A stretch of DNA of 64,000 nucleotides from Macrostomum lignano. Lineage: Eukaryota. Under the pieces are notes generated by a model. It saw nothing but the letters and a program-made list of their open reading frames with translations, ran no database searches and was not told where the DNA came from. Both the position numbers and the translations under genes were made by a program. The stretch spans positions 1 to 64,000 of the forward strand of contig NIVC01001160.1 in assembly GCA_002269645.1 (NCBI GenBank). The letters run 5' to 3'. Shown piece after piece: positions 49,301 through 62,500 of this stretch; the first letter of the stretch is position 1, and each line of letters starts with the position of its first letter.

Positions 49301-52300
49301 TAGGATGCTGTCTATACTCTATATAGACACTTTTTTGCTAGTTTATTTTGTTTCTACGATGGACAATGTTCAGATAAAGTAGTGATGGTTAAATAAAGTA
49401 TAAACTATAGAAAGTACAGAATGAAACTTAAATTAAAGCTGATATACTGTGACAGTACAGACATGCTGTGGCACAAATTATTCAAGCACTGAATTTTAAC
49501 TGGGAAGAGGCAAATTGGTTTTTGCAACTTTCAGCCTAGAAAGAACAGTTTGTAATCTCATAAATTTTCTAACCTAATGATTTAGTTGAACAACGGCAAC
49601 AGCTGGGCTCAGACCTGGTCGCAGTGATTGGCCAAAGATCTGGCCTCTCAATCATCATCAATGGGCGCGAGACTGGGATACCCAGCTTAGCTGACCAGGC
49701 CTGTCATGCTGTTGCCTACGCGCGCAATGGCCCCCTGTTTGTTGCCACGGACAGGAAAATATTCCGTCTGGACGCTTCTGTTGGACTGCCGATTGAGGCT
49801 GCTGACAGCGATGCCCGGGCGTCTGGCTCTGGCAGGCGTGTTGGCGGGGGTGGCAGCGGAGATGGCGGCCGGGCGCAGGCCATCATTGCCGATCACATTA
49901 TTCAGGTGAGCCTTCTTGCTCTCACATCAAAGTGTCTTGACTCTCAAATCAAAGTGTCTGACTCTCAGTGAATAGTGTCTGACTCTAAGTGAATAGTGTC
50001 TGACTCTCAGTGAATAGTGCCTGACTCTAAGTGAATAGTGTCTGACTCAGTGAATAGTGTCTGACTCAGTGAATAGTGTCTGACTCTAAGTGAATAGTGT
50101 CCGACTCTCAGTGAATAGTGCCTGACTCTAAGTGAATAGTGTCCGACTCTCAGTGAATAGTGTCTGACTCTCAGTGAATAGTGTCTGACTCAGTGAATAG
50201 TGCCTGACTCAGTGAATAGTGTCTGACTCTCAGTAAATAGAGTCTTCCGACTCTCAAATCAAAGTGTCTGACTCTCAGTGAATAGTGCCTGACTCAGTGA
50301 ATAGTGTCTGACTCTCAGTGAATAGTGTCTGACTCAGTGAATAGTGTCTGACTCTCAGTAAATAGAGTCTTCCGACTCTCAAATCAAAGTGTCTGACTCT
50401 CAGTGAATAGTGTCCGACTCTCAGTGAATAGTGTCTGACTCTAAGTGAATAGTGTCCGACTCTCAGTGAATAGTGTCTGACTCTAAGTGAATAGTGTCTG
50501 ACTCAGTGAATAGTGTCTGACTCAGTGAATAGTGTCTGACTCAGTGAATAGTGTCTGACTCTCAGTAAATAGAGTCTTCCGACTCTCAAATCAAAGTGTC
50601 TGACTCTCAGTGAATAGTGCCTGACTCAGTGAATAGTGTCTGACTCTCAGTGAATAGTGTCTGACTCTCAGTGAATAGTGTCTGACTCTCAGTGAATAGT
50701 GCCTGACTCAGTGAATAGTGCCTGACTCTCAGTGAATAGTGCCTGACTCAGTGAATAGTGTCTGACTCTCAGTAAATAGAGTCTTCTGACTCTCAAATCA
50801 AAGTGTCTGACTCTCAGTGAATAGTGTCCGACTCTCAGTGAATAGTGTCTGACTCTAAGTGAATAGTGTCCGACTCTCAGTGAATAGTGTCTGACTCTAA
50901 GTGAATAGTGTCCGACTCTCAGTGAATAGTGTCTGACTCAGTGAATAGTGCCTGACTCAGTGAATAGTGCCTGACTCAGTGAATAGTGCCTGACTCAGTG
51001 AATAGTGCCTGACTCAGTGAATAGTGTCTGACTCTCAGTAAATAGAGTCTTCTGACTCTCAAATCAAAGTGTCTGACTCTAAGTGAATAGTGTCCGACTC
51101 TCAGTGAATAGTGTCCGACTCTCAGTGAATAGTGTCTGACTCTAAGTGAATAGTGTCTGACTCTCAGTGAATAGTGCCTGACTCAGTGAATAGTGTCTGA
51201 CTCTAAGTGAATAGTGTCCGACTCTCAGTGAATAGTGCCTGACTCTAAGTGAATAGTGTCTGACTCAGTGAATAGTGTCTGACTCAGTGAATAGTGTCTG
51301 ACTCTAAGTGAATAGTGTCCGACTCTCAGTGAATAGTGCCTGACTCTAAGTGAATAGTGTCCGACTCTCAGTGAATAGTGTCTGACTCTCAGTGAATAGT
51401 GTCTGACTCAGTGAATAGTGCCTGACTCAGTGAATAGTGTCTGACTCTCAGTAAATAGAGTCTTCTGACTCTCAAATCAAAGTGTCTGACTCTAAGTGAA
51501 TAGTGTCCGACTCTCAGTGAATAGTGTCTGACTCTAAGTGAATAGTGTCTGACTCTCAGTGAATAGTGCCTGACTCAGTGAATAGTGTCTGACTCTAAGT
51601 GAATAGTGTCCGACTCTCAGTGAATAGTGCCTGACTCTAAGTGAATAGTGTCTGACTCAGTGAATAGTGTCTGACTCAGTGAATGGTGTCTGACTCTAAG
51701 TGAATAGTGTCCGACTCTCAGTGAATAGTGCCTGACTCTAAGTGAATAGTGTCCGACTCTCAGTGAATAGTGTCTGACTCTCAGTGAATAGTGTCTGACT
51801 CAGTGAATAGTGCCTGACTCTCAGTGAATAGTGTCTGACTCAGTGAATAGTGTCTGACTCTCAGTAAATAGAGTCTTCCGACTCTCAAATCAAAGTGTCT
51901 GACTCTCAGTGAATAGTGCCTGACTCTCAGTGAATAGTGTCTGACTCTCAGTGAATAGTGTCTGACTCAGTGAATAGTGTCTGACTCTCAGTAAATAGAG
52001 TCTTCCGACTCTCAAATCAAAGTGTCTGACTCTCAGTGAATAGTGTCCGACTCTCAGTGAATAGTGTCTGACTCAGTGAATAGTGTCTGACTCTCAGTAA
52101 ATAGAGTCTTCTGACTCTCAAATCAAAGTGTCTGACTCTCAGTAAATAGAGTCTTCTGACTCTCAAATCAAAGTGTCTGACTCTCAGTAAATAGAGTCTT
52201 CTGACTCTCAAATCAAAGTGTCTGACTCTCAGTAAATAGAGTCTTCTGACTCTCAAATCAAAGTGTCTGACTCTCAGTAAATAGAGTCTTCTGACTCTCA

Positions 52301-55300
52301 AATCAAAGTGTCTGACTCTCAGTAAATAGAGTCTTCTGACTCTCAAATCAAAGTGTCTGACTCTCAGTAAATAGAGTCTTCTGACTCTCAAATCAAAGTG
52401 TCTGACTCTCAGTGAATAGTGCCTGACTCAGTGAATAGTGCCTGACTCTCAAATCAAAGTGTCTGTTTTTTTAAATCAAAGTGTCTGACTCTTAGCCGTG
52501 TCCCCTGACTTTCGCCACCCGCCAGGCCCTAGCGGTGGACGACATCGGCCGCAAGGTGTACTGGGTGACCAGCACGGACCTGAGGGCCGGGCAGGTGTCC
52601 ACTCTGAACGTAGACAATTACAACGGCACTGACAGGCGAACCCTGTTCCGCATGCCGGCTACTCACACCATACTCAGCCACACGCTGGCGGTGGACAGCC
52701 TTCACGCCTGCCTGATCTTCTTTGTGGATGTGCAAACCCACAGCGCCGCTCTGGGCGTCAAGCAGCTGCACATTCACCGGCTTGACGGCCAGGAGGTGTA
52801 CAATGTCTCCCACATTAGCGAGGCTAACAGTATTGTAGCCGTGACTGTCGATGCGGAGAAGGCGGTGCGTTTTTCAAAGCATTACCGATATGTTGTCATT
52901 GTTGTGTTGATGATTATTTTTTAGTACTGTTTAATTGTTAGAAATGAAAAATTGATAGAAGTGGAAAATTCATCAAAGTTTCTTTCAAAGAGCTGGTAGC
53001 CATCGTCAACTCGTAAAATAATGTTTCTAAGCTATAATGCATAGGATTGAGCGGCTACCGATATGTATCGTAATTAACATTATCTACTAGCAAGTATATA
53101 GGGGTAGTGAGGTGTCGTAAACAATTTTGGATTCGGAATCGCGATATTTCACGGCACTGGCTGCCATTCACATTCTACCGATATGTATAGCGTGAGAATG
53201 GGAATTTTACTTTACTCAGGAACTTTTGTCTTACGTTTTCTGTTTCTTTATCAAAACTAAGTAAGCACATGCTGTAATACTACTTACTTACTAAGTAGTT
53301 TAAAATTGAAATAAATTTCCATTTAAAAATCTCTCAGATAATCTACTGGATGGAGTCCAACAGCGGCGACACTCCGGTGCAAGTTCGCGGCTTCTCTTAT
53401 TCGACTCTGTTGCCAACCTTCGCCGCCTCGGCGTCACCTTCCGCTCAGGCGCCACCGTCGCCATTTGCCGTGTTGGACATTGCCAAAATCGACAGGCCTA
53501 GCAACACGCTGGCCTACCAGGGCGGGCGGCTCTACTGGATGCGCGGCCTCGAGATTGTCGCCTGCGAGCTGAGCGCCGGTTCGGGCTCTGCGACAACTGC
53601 CGCCTGCCGCACCGCTCTGACCCGATCCAATAGCAGAGCTGGGGAGATCCTGTTCCACCTGGTTTTGCTGTCTAAGAGCGACTACAGGGCCTGGCCTGCT
53701 GGTGCGTTCGCGTTTCTGCTGTGCTGTTTAGTGTGGTCTGATGGCCTGAGGTTGTATTGGGGTAGCGGACCCCTGAAGTTTCGGTGGGTAGGGGTAGCGG
53801 ATCCCTGAAGTATCGGTGGATAGGGGTAGCGGATCCATGAAGTATCAGTGGGTAGGGATAGCGGATCCCTGAAGTATCGGTGGGTAGGGGTAGCGGATCC
53901 CTGAAGTATCAGTGGGTAGGGATAGCGGACCCCTGATGCATCGGTGGGTAAGGGTTGCTTTTAGTGTGTTTGAAGTCAGTGTTTCCACAGCTTGACCCTG
54001 TTGCTACGGAACTTACAATTGCAGCCTTCACAGACGTGTGCTCAGTCCGGAAGCCTTGCGCCCACCTGTGCTTTCGGTACTCTTCAACTATTGCGGATCA
54101 GCGCTACACCTGCCTTTGCCGGTTCGGATTATTGCCAGATCCCAAGAATGCAACTCACGGTTGCTTGAGTAGTACGTTTATTAAGCCTAAAAAGTTCTAA
54201 TGCCGTCCCGAAATCAGGGAAACTGATCCCCATGAGATCCCGGATTCTGGGAAGCTGATCCCCATGAGATCCTGGATTCTGAGAACCTGATCCCCATGAG
54301 ATTCCGGATTCTGGGAAGCTGATCCCCATGAGATCCCGGATTCTGGGAAGCTGATCCTCATAAGATCCTGGATTCTGAGAAGCTGATCCCCATGATATCC
54401 CGGATTCTGGGAAGCTGATCCCCATGAGATTCCGGATTCTGGGAAGCTGATCCCCATGAGATCCCGGATTCTGGGAAGCTGATCCCCATGAGATCCCGGA
54501 TTCTGGGAAGCTGATCCCCATGAGATTCCGGATTCTGGGAAGCTGATCCTCATAAGATCCTGGATTATGGGAAGCTGATCCCCATGAGATCCCGGATTCT
54601 GGGAAGCTGATCCCCATGAGATCCGCGGATTCTGGGAAGCTGATCCTCATGAGATCCCGGATTCTGAGAAGCTGATCCCCATGAGATCCCGGATTCTGGG
54701 AAGCTGATCCTCATAAGATCCTGGATTCTGAGAAGCTGATCCCCATGAGATCCCGGATTCTGGGAAGCTGATCCCCATGAGATTCTGGATTATGGGAAGC
54801 TGATCCCCATGAGATCCTGGATTCTGGGAAGCTGATCCCCATGAGATCCCGGACTTCCTACACTCGGATCTGCATTTCGATCCCCAAATTGAATCTCACA
54901 GCTTACACAGACTACCTGCTAATATCGCTGGACATGGGCACAAGTTCGTCAGTGTTGAAAATGTCGCTGGATACCCAGGACTATCACCCAGTTCAGCTGT
55001 TCGGCATGCCCAAGTACATAGTCAAGTGCCTGGCAATGGACCCGCTGGCCAATGTGATCTACTGGATCGACTACCTGCACGAGCGGGTGGCCCGGTCAGT
55101 CACCGAGACCATTCGGCGGCTGGATTTGACTCGGAACCAGCCGGGCAGGATTGAAAAGATTCTGGAGAACGCAGATGAAGTGCCGCAGGACCTGGCTGTG
55201 GACTGGTCTAGCGGCAATCTGTACTGGGTGACAGCGAGGAAGCTGATCATATCTAAACTGGACGGCAGGCACCAGTACGTCCTGAGCACGTTCGACAAGA

Positions 55301-55714
55301 TCACGGCTGTTAAAGTCGACCCAATTCGGTGAGTACTTTGTGTTGAAAGTTATTGCACCGTCTGTACATAAGCCTCAAGGAATGGCACGACAAGCCTCAG
55401 TCTAAATTCGCGCGACCATTCATTCTGCAAGCAAATCTTGTCCAGATCGCCGGGTCATTATTGGCACAGGAATTTGAATTCCTTCCCCCCGTGTCCACCC
55501 GCAGCGGCTACCTGTTCTACTGCGCTGACGGTCGCCTGGTGCGCAGCCGTCTGGACGGCGTGTCTCAGCGGCTGGTGCTGCTGAACCTCACCTCCAGCCA
55601 CTTCTGCCAGCTGGCCTTTGATGAGGCCACCGGCGATATTTATTACCTGGTGAGATCTGCTGCGTCTGTGTGTGTGTGTGTGTGTGTGTCTGTCTGCCTG
55701 TCTGTCTGTCTTAG

Positions 55715-55781
<67 letters not shown>

Positions 55782-57625
55782 GTGTGCGTGTCTTAGTGTC
55801 TTGTCTATCTGTCTTAGTGTCTGTCTATCTGTCTTAGTGTCTGTCCGTCTGTCTTAGTGTCTGTCCGTCTGTCTTAGTGTCTGTCCGTCTGTCTTAGTGT
55901 CTGTCCGTCTGTCTTAGTGTCTGTCCGTCTGTCTTAGTGTCTGTCCGTCTGTCTTAGTGTCTGTCCGTCTGTCTTAGTGTCTGTCCGTCTGTCTTAGTGT
56001 CTGTCCGTCTGTCTTAGTGTCTGTCCGTCTGTCTTAGTGTCTGTCCGTCTGTCTTAGTGTCTGTCCGTCTGTCTTAGTGTCTGTCCGTCTGTCTTAGTGT
56101 CTGTCCGTCTGTCTTAGTGTCTGTCCGTCTGTCTTAGTGTCTGTCCGTCTGTCTTAGTGTCTGTCCGTCTGTCTTAGTGTCTGTCTGTCTGTCTGTCTCT
56201 CAGTGAATCCATGCGCCCCACACACCACCCGCCGTCCCCCAGGCGTCTCCCCCGGGCAGGCTGGGCGTGTTCCAATTCTCAAGCGGCGGCGCGGTCTCCG
56301 CCAACATCTCGCTGAGCCGGGCGGTGGCAGCCGTTCGCTCGCCAGCCAAGGTGTACGCGGCATTCCGCGGTCACCTGTACTGGCTGTCCACCTCTGGCGA
56401 CATGAGCCTGGGCATTGTGGACCGCAATGGAAGCAACACGCGGGTGGTGCCGATCTCGCTGCGCATCCCGCTGTCGCTGGCGGCCAGCAGCAGCCAGTTA
56501 GCAACCGAGTTCGCGGCTGAGATTGACAGGTGACTTGATTAGCTGTGTGGCCTTCAAATAGGTGCAGTTTAGCGCCTGACTGTCGTGCGGCAGTGCCCGA
56601 TTCCCCCTGCAAGCTCAGTGACTGGCGTTACCGTGTAACAGACACGTTTTCACCCCACGAATCGCCCTTCACCCCACCAACCGCCCTTCACCCCACAGAC
56701 CGCCCTTCACCCCACAGACCGCCCTTCACCCACAGACCGCCCTTCACCCCACAGACCGCCCTTCACCCACAGACCGCCCTTCACCCCACAGACCGCCCTT
56801 CACCCACAGACCGCCCTTCACCCACAGACCGCCCTTCACCCACAGACCGCCCTTCACCCACAGACCGCCCTTCACCCCACAGACCGCCCTTCACCCACAG
56901 ACCGCCCTTCACCCACAGACCGCCCTTCACCCCACAGACCGCCCTTCACCCACAGACCGCCCTTCACCCACAGACCGCCCTTCACCCCACAGACCGCCCT
57001 TCACCCCACAGAACTTCACCCCTAAAAACTGGCCTTCTCCCCAGAAATCGGCCTCACAAAAATGGGCTCCCCTAAAGTGCCATTTCGGATTCGCCCACCT
57101 GCAGCAACCCGTGCCGCCGGCCCGACAACGCCGGCTGCGAGCAGCTGTGCATCCCCAGGCCGGACCTCACCGACTTGCCAGTCGCCAATCGTCGGATCTG
57201 TCGCTGCGCCTCCCGGTTCCGCTTCGCCGGCACCGTCTCCAGTTCGACCGGCGGCGAGTCCGCGCCGGCGCCGGAGGACGGGCACAGCCGGTGCCAGGCT
57301 CTGAGCACCTTCTTGGTGCTCGCCAGCGCCAGGGACATCGGCATGGCGCCGCTAAACCTCGCCGCCGGTTCGGCATCTTCGCCCGACTACGAGTCGCTGC
57401 ACCTGTCCAACGATCTCAAATTTGTGGAATTTGTAGCCGCCGATCCCAGCCGGGGCCGCATCTGCTGGGCCGATGTTGGCCGCCACATCGCCTGCGCTGG
57501 CTTGGACCGGGGCACCGGCGCCGACACTGCGGCCGGCCGTAGCGCCAGGGTGCGAAATGTTTATATGTGTCTGTGTGTCTGCCGGTCTTGTCTGTGTCTC
57601 TGTGTGTCTGCCGGTCTGTCCGTCC

Positions 57626-57659
<34 letters not shown>

Positions 57660-59510
57660 ATCTAGTAATTTCTTCCTGATCCTCAATGATTACCTTGGTG
57701 AATGGGACTCGTGACATTCGGTCTTGAAACACGAGGGGGTTCAATCTGCACTCGGTGCACTTTCCTTAATCCTGCAGGTTGTCGTGCCGGCTGTGACGCA
57801 ACCGCTGGGCCTGGCCGTAGACTGGGCAACCAACCTGCTGTTCTACATTGACAAGTGGCCTTGGCCGCGGCTGTGCGCCGTGTCGCTTGACCGGCCAAGC
57901 CTCACTCGGACACTGCTAGTCTCGGACAGACTGTCCGGCGCTCGCGGCCTTGTGTTCGATTCTAACGTGTTCAGACTGTTCTGGATCGATATTAAATATA
58001 AGGATCAGGGGCGGATCGACTGGTTGGGCTTTGTCTCCGTTGCCGCTCCGATGGATGTTGAGATTGAGACCGGCACCGTGCTCACCGGCCTGGGCGACCC
58101 CAGGTCAGACCGCTTTGCTCACTGCTGCTTCTGCCACTGAGTGATTGACACCCACTGACTGATTGTCTGACACCCACTGACTGATTGTCTGACACCCACT
58201 GACTGATTGTCTGACACCCACTGACTGATTGTCTGACACCCACTGACTGATTGTCTGACACCCACTGACTGATTGGCTGGTTCCAACTGACTAAATGTCT
58301 GACCCCAACTGACTAAATGTCTGACCCCAACTGACTAAATGTCTGACCCCAACTGACTAAATGTCTGACACTAGCTGACTAAATGTCTGACCCCAACTGA
58401 CTAAATGTCTGACACCCACTGACTGATTGTCTGACACTAGCTGACTAAATGTCTGACACCCACTGACTGATTGTCTGGTTCCAACTGACTAAATGTCTGA
58501 CACAAACTGACTAAATGTCTGACACCAACTGACTAAATGTCTGACACCAACTGACTAAATGTCTGACACCAACTGACTAAATGTCTGACACCAACTGACT
58601 AAATATCTGACACCAACTGACTAAATGTCTGACACCAACTGACTAAATGTCTGACACCAACTGACTAAATGTCTGACACCAACTGACTAAATGTCTGACA
58701 CCAACTGACTAAATGTCTGACATCAACTGACTAAATGTCTGACACCAACTGACTAAATGTCTGACACTAGCTGACTAAATGTCTGGTTCCAACTGACTAA
58801 ATGTCTGACACCAACTGACTAAATGTCTGACACCAGCTGACTAAATGTCTGACACCAACTGACTAAATGTCTGACCCCAACTGACTAAATGTCTGACACC
58901 AACTGACTAAATGTCTGACACCAGCTGACTAAAGGTCTGACCACCCACTGACTGATTGCCCCACCCCAACCACAGACACCTGGCCCTAGACCAGGCCTCG
59001 AGGCGGCTGTACTTCTCAGACGATAAGTCGGTCAAGTCGGTAACGTACGAAGGTCAGGAGTTGCGCACCCTGCCGCTGAGCGTGAAACCCGTTGGCGTGG
59101 CCTATCACAACTCCACTGTGCACTTCGTAGCCCTGAACAGCCGCCGAATTCACCGGGTTCGAGTGTCGCCCGTCACCGGAGAATTCGTTGCTAACCGGGA
59201 CGAGTTCGGATCGGGCTCGGTCGAGCTGCCCAGCGGATTCCGGCCGATCAGTCTGATCCTGTTCGACACGGACTCGGCCAGGCCGCCCAATGCTGGCAAT
59301 GCGCTTAAGACTCGCAATTTCTGCTTGCGCAACAGGTGCCAGCACTTCTGCCTGCTGACCAGGCAGCTGGAGATCGCCTGCGCCTGCTCTGATCTGCACA
59401 GGCGGGCGCCTGGCGACAGCGGCGGCTTCACTGAACAGTGCGAACCGGTTAGCGACTGGCTGCACCTGGTCACGGATAAGGGCCTCACTATTGGCTACCC
59501 GGTGGGCTCG
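46317..59510 (+). CDS. LDL-receptor-family (LRP-like) protein with YWTD-type beta-propellers and EGF modules, 3'-partial; exons 46317-46461, 49586-49905, 52526-52864, 53338-53701, 54034-54171, 54902-55328, 55505-55649, 56243-56529, 57105-57549, 57778-58103, 58976-59510
   Basis: Propeller motifs ALAVDDIGRKVYW, LAMDPLANVIYW, LAVDWSSGNLYW, VDPIR|GYLFY, LAVDWATNLLFY, LALDQASRRLYFSD. EGF modules CSVRKPCAHLC..CLC, CRRPDNAGCEQLC..CRC, CLRNRCQHFC..CAC. All 10 junctions are phase-consistent (3471 nt = 1157 codons). Exon 1 (signal-peptide-like, G|GTAAGT donor, phase 1) is inferred. Confidence 0.88.
46986..47135. mobile_element. 150-bp MITE-like inverted repeat, plus a half copy at 47283-47320
   Basis: CAACCTTGGGATTCACTCGGCTGTTTCTATTGGCAACACACACATGTAA pairs with TTACATGTGTATGTTGCCAATAGAAACAGCCAGGTGATTCCCAAAGTTG. 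Confidence 0.8.
47388..49049 (-). mobile_element. Decayed Tc1/mariner-IS630 DNA transposon with long (about 190 bp) terminal inverted repeats
   Basis: 47388-47575 is an imperfect inverted copy of 48860-49049. Minus-strand remnants: HTH-like ISNSDRDHIIKAA..LGVKRSIAYTIV, NEFGFNIW (DE.GFN), VINNASSH (DNA..H) and LPPYSPFL.PIE, with stops and frameshifts. TA TSD not resolved. Confidence 0.8.
49930..52490. repeat. Intronic minisatellite of 19/21-bp units (GTGAATAGTGTCTGACT[CT]CA) with 45-bp compound units
   Basis: Fills LRP-like intron 2 almost completely. Confidence 0.97.
53755..53955. repeat. 32-bp intronic minisatellite (GGGTAGGGGTAGCGGATCCCTGAAGTATCGGT)
   Basis: LRP-like intron 4, about 6 units. 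Confidence 0.9.
54220..54855. repeat. 32-bp intronic minisatellite (GATCCCCATGAGATCCCGGATTCTGGGAAGCT)
   Basis: LRP-like intron 5, about 20 units. Confidence 0.95.
55665..56200. repeat. (GT)n/(GTCT)n grading into a 20-bp unit (CTGTCCGTCTGTCTTAGTGT)
   Basis: LRP-like intron 7. Confidence 0.95.
56660..57015. repeat. 19/20-bp intronic minisatellite (CACAGACCGCCCTTCACCC[C])
   Basis: LRP-like intron 8. Confidence 0.95.
58140..58960. repeat. 22-bp intronic minisatellite (CTGACTAAATGTCTGACACCAA)
   Basis: LRP-like intron 10. Confidence 0.95.
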
Positions 59511-59589
59511 GTGAGTGCGCTTGCTATAGTATAGGTAGCATTATATAGTCCGTAAAAATTGCCTGAAAAATCACCATATACGCTCGTAA

Positions 59590-62500
59590 TAATCGCCCTC
59601 AAAAACCGCCGTTGAGAATCGCCGTTGGATAATCGCCCTCAAAAACCGCCTTTGAGAAACGCCGTGGGATAATCGCCCTCAAAAACCGCCGTTGAGAATC
59701 GCCGTTGGATAATCGCCCTCAAAAACCGCCTTTGAGAATCGCCGTTGGATAATCGCCCTCAAAAACCGCCTTTGAGAATCGCCGTTGGATAATCGCCCTC
59801 AAAAACCGCCTTTGAGAATCGCCGTTGGATAATCGCCCTCAAAAACCGCCTTTGAGAATCGCCGTTGGATAATCGCCCTCAAAAACCGCCTTTGAGAATC
59901 GCCGTTGGATAATCGCCCTCAAAAACCGCCTTTGAGAATCGCCGTTGGATAATCGCCCTCAAAAACCGCCTTTGAGAATCGCCGTTGGATAATCGCCCTC
60001 AAAAACCGCCGTTGAGAATCGCCGTTGGATAATCGCCCTCAAAAACCGCCTTTGAGAATCGCCGTTGGATAATCGCCCTCAAAAACCGCCGTTGAGAATC
60101 GCCATGTAATAATCGCCCTCAAAAACCGCCTTTGAGAATCGCCGTTGGATAATCGCCCTCAAAAACCGCCTTTGAGAATCGCCGTTGGATAATCGCCCTC
60201 AAAAACCGCCGTTGAGAATCGCCGTTGGATAATCGCCCTCAAAAACCGCCTTTGAGAATCGCCGTTTGATAATCGCCCTCAAAAACCGCCGTTGAGAATC
60301 GCCGTGGGATAATCGCCCTCAAAAACCACCTTTGAGAATCGCCGTTGGATAATCGCCCTCAAAAACCGCCTTTGAGAATCGCCGTTGGATAATCGCCCTC
60401 AAAAACCGCCTTTGAGAATCGCCGTTGGATAATCGCCCTCAAAAACCGCCTTTGAGAATCGCCGTTGGATAATCGCCCTCAAAAACCGCCTTTGAGAATC
60501 GCCGTTGGATAATCGCCCTCAAAAACCGCCGTTGAGAATCGCCCTCAAGAACCGCCTTTGAGAATCGCCATGTAATAATCGGCCTAAAAATCGTCTTTGA
60601 GAATCGCCATGTAATAATCGCCCTCAAAAATCGCCTTTGAGAATCGCCGTTGGATAATCGCCCTCAAAAACCGCCTTTGAGAATCGCCGTTGGATAATCG
60701 CCCTCAAAAACCGCCGTTGAGAATCGCCGTGGATAATCGCCCTCAAAAACCGCCTTTGAGAATCGCCGTTGGATAATCGCCCTCAAAAACCGCCTTTGAG
60801 AATCGCCGTTGGATAATCGCCCTCAAAAACCGCCTTTGAGAATCGCCGTTGGATAATCGCCCTCAAAAACCGCCTTTGAGAATCGCCGTTGGATAATCGC
60901 CCTCAAAAACCGCCGTTGAGAATCGCCGTGGATAATCGCCCTCAAAAACCGCCTTTGAGAATCGCCGTTGGATAATCGCCCTCAAAAACCGCCTTTGAGA
61001 ATCGCCGTTGGATAATCGCCCTCAAAAACCGCCTTTGAGAATCGCCGTTGGATAATCGCCCTCAAAAACCGCCTTTGAGAATCGCCGTTGAGAATCGCCC
61101 TCAAAAACCGCCTTTGAGAATCGCCATGTAATAATCGGCCTAAAAATCGTCTTTGAGAATCGCCATGTAATAATCGCCCTCAAAAATCGCCTTTGAGAAT
61201 CGCCGTTGGATAATCGCCCTCAAAAACCGCCGTTGAGAATCGCCGTTGGATAATCGCCCTCAAAAACCGCCTTTGAGAATCGCCGTTGGATAATCGCCCT
61301 CAAAAACCGCCTTTGAGAATCGCCGTTGGATAATCGCCCTCAAAAACCGCCGTTGAGAATCGCCCTCAAAAACCGCCTTTGAGAATCGCCATGTAATAAT
61401 CGGCCTAAAAATCGTCTTTGAGATCGCCATGTAATAATCGCCCTCAAAAATCGCCTTTGAGAATCGCCGTTGGATAATCGCCCTCAAAAACCGCCGTTGA
61501 GAATCGCCGTTGGATAATCGCCCTCAAAAACCGCCTTTGAGAATCGCCGTTGGATAATCGCCCTCAAAAACCGCCTTTGAGAATCGCCGTTGGATAATCG
61601 CCCTCAAAAACCGCCTTTGAGAATCGCCGTTGGATAATCGCCCTCAAAAACCGCCGTTGAGAATCGCCGTTGGATAATCGCCCTCAAAAACCGCCTTTGA
61701 GAATCGCCGTTGGATAATCGCCCTCAAAAACCGCCTTTGAGAATCGCCGTTGGATAATCGCCCTCAAAAACCGCCTTTGAGAATCGCCGTTGGATAATCG
61801 CCCTCAAAAACCGCCTTTGAGAATCGCCGTTGGATAATCGCCCTCAAAAACCGCCTTTGAGAATCGCCGTTGGATAATCGCCCTCAAAAACCGCCTTTGA
61901 GAATCGCCGTTGGATAATCGCCCTCAAAAACCGCCTTTGAGAATCGCCGTTGGATAATCGCCCTCAAAAACCGCCTTTGAGAATCGCCGTTGGATAATCG
62001 CCCTCAAAAACCGCCGTTGAGAATCGCCGTTGGATAATCGCCCTCAAAAACCGCCTTTGAGAATCGCCGTTGGATAATCGCCCTCAAAAACCGCCTTTGA
62101 GAATCGCCGTTGGATAATCGCCCTCAAAAACCGCCTTTGAGAATCGCCGTTGAGAATCGCCCTCAAAAACCGCCTTTGAGAATCGCCGTTGGATAATCGC
62201 CCTCAAAAACCGCCTTTGAGAATCGCCGTTGGATAATCGCCCTCAAAAACCGCCTTTGAGAATCGCCGTTGGATAATCGCCCTCAAAAACCGCCTTTGAG
62301 AATCGCCGTTGGATAATCGCCCTCAAAAACCGCCTTGAGAATCGCCGTGGATAATCGCCCTCAAAAACCGCCTTTGAGAATCGCCGTTGGATAATCGCCC
62401 TCAAAAACCGCCTTTGAGAATCGCCGTTGGATAATCGCCCTCAAAAACCGCCTTTGAGAATCGCCGTTGGATAATCGCCCTCAAAAACCGCCTTTGAGAA

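Noticed and set aside
53055-53190. Third Helitron end (minus-strand TATACTTGCTAG near 53078-53089) flanked by a 14-bp direct repeat CTACCGATATGTAT
   Set aside because: No GC-rich hairpin precedes the CTAG and no 5' end is identifiable.
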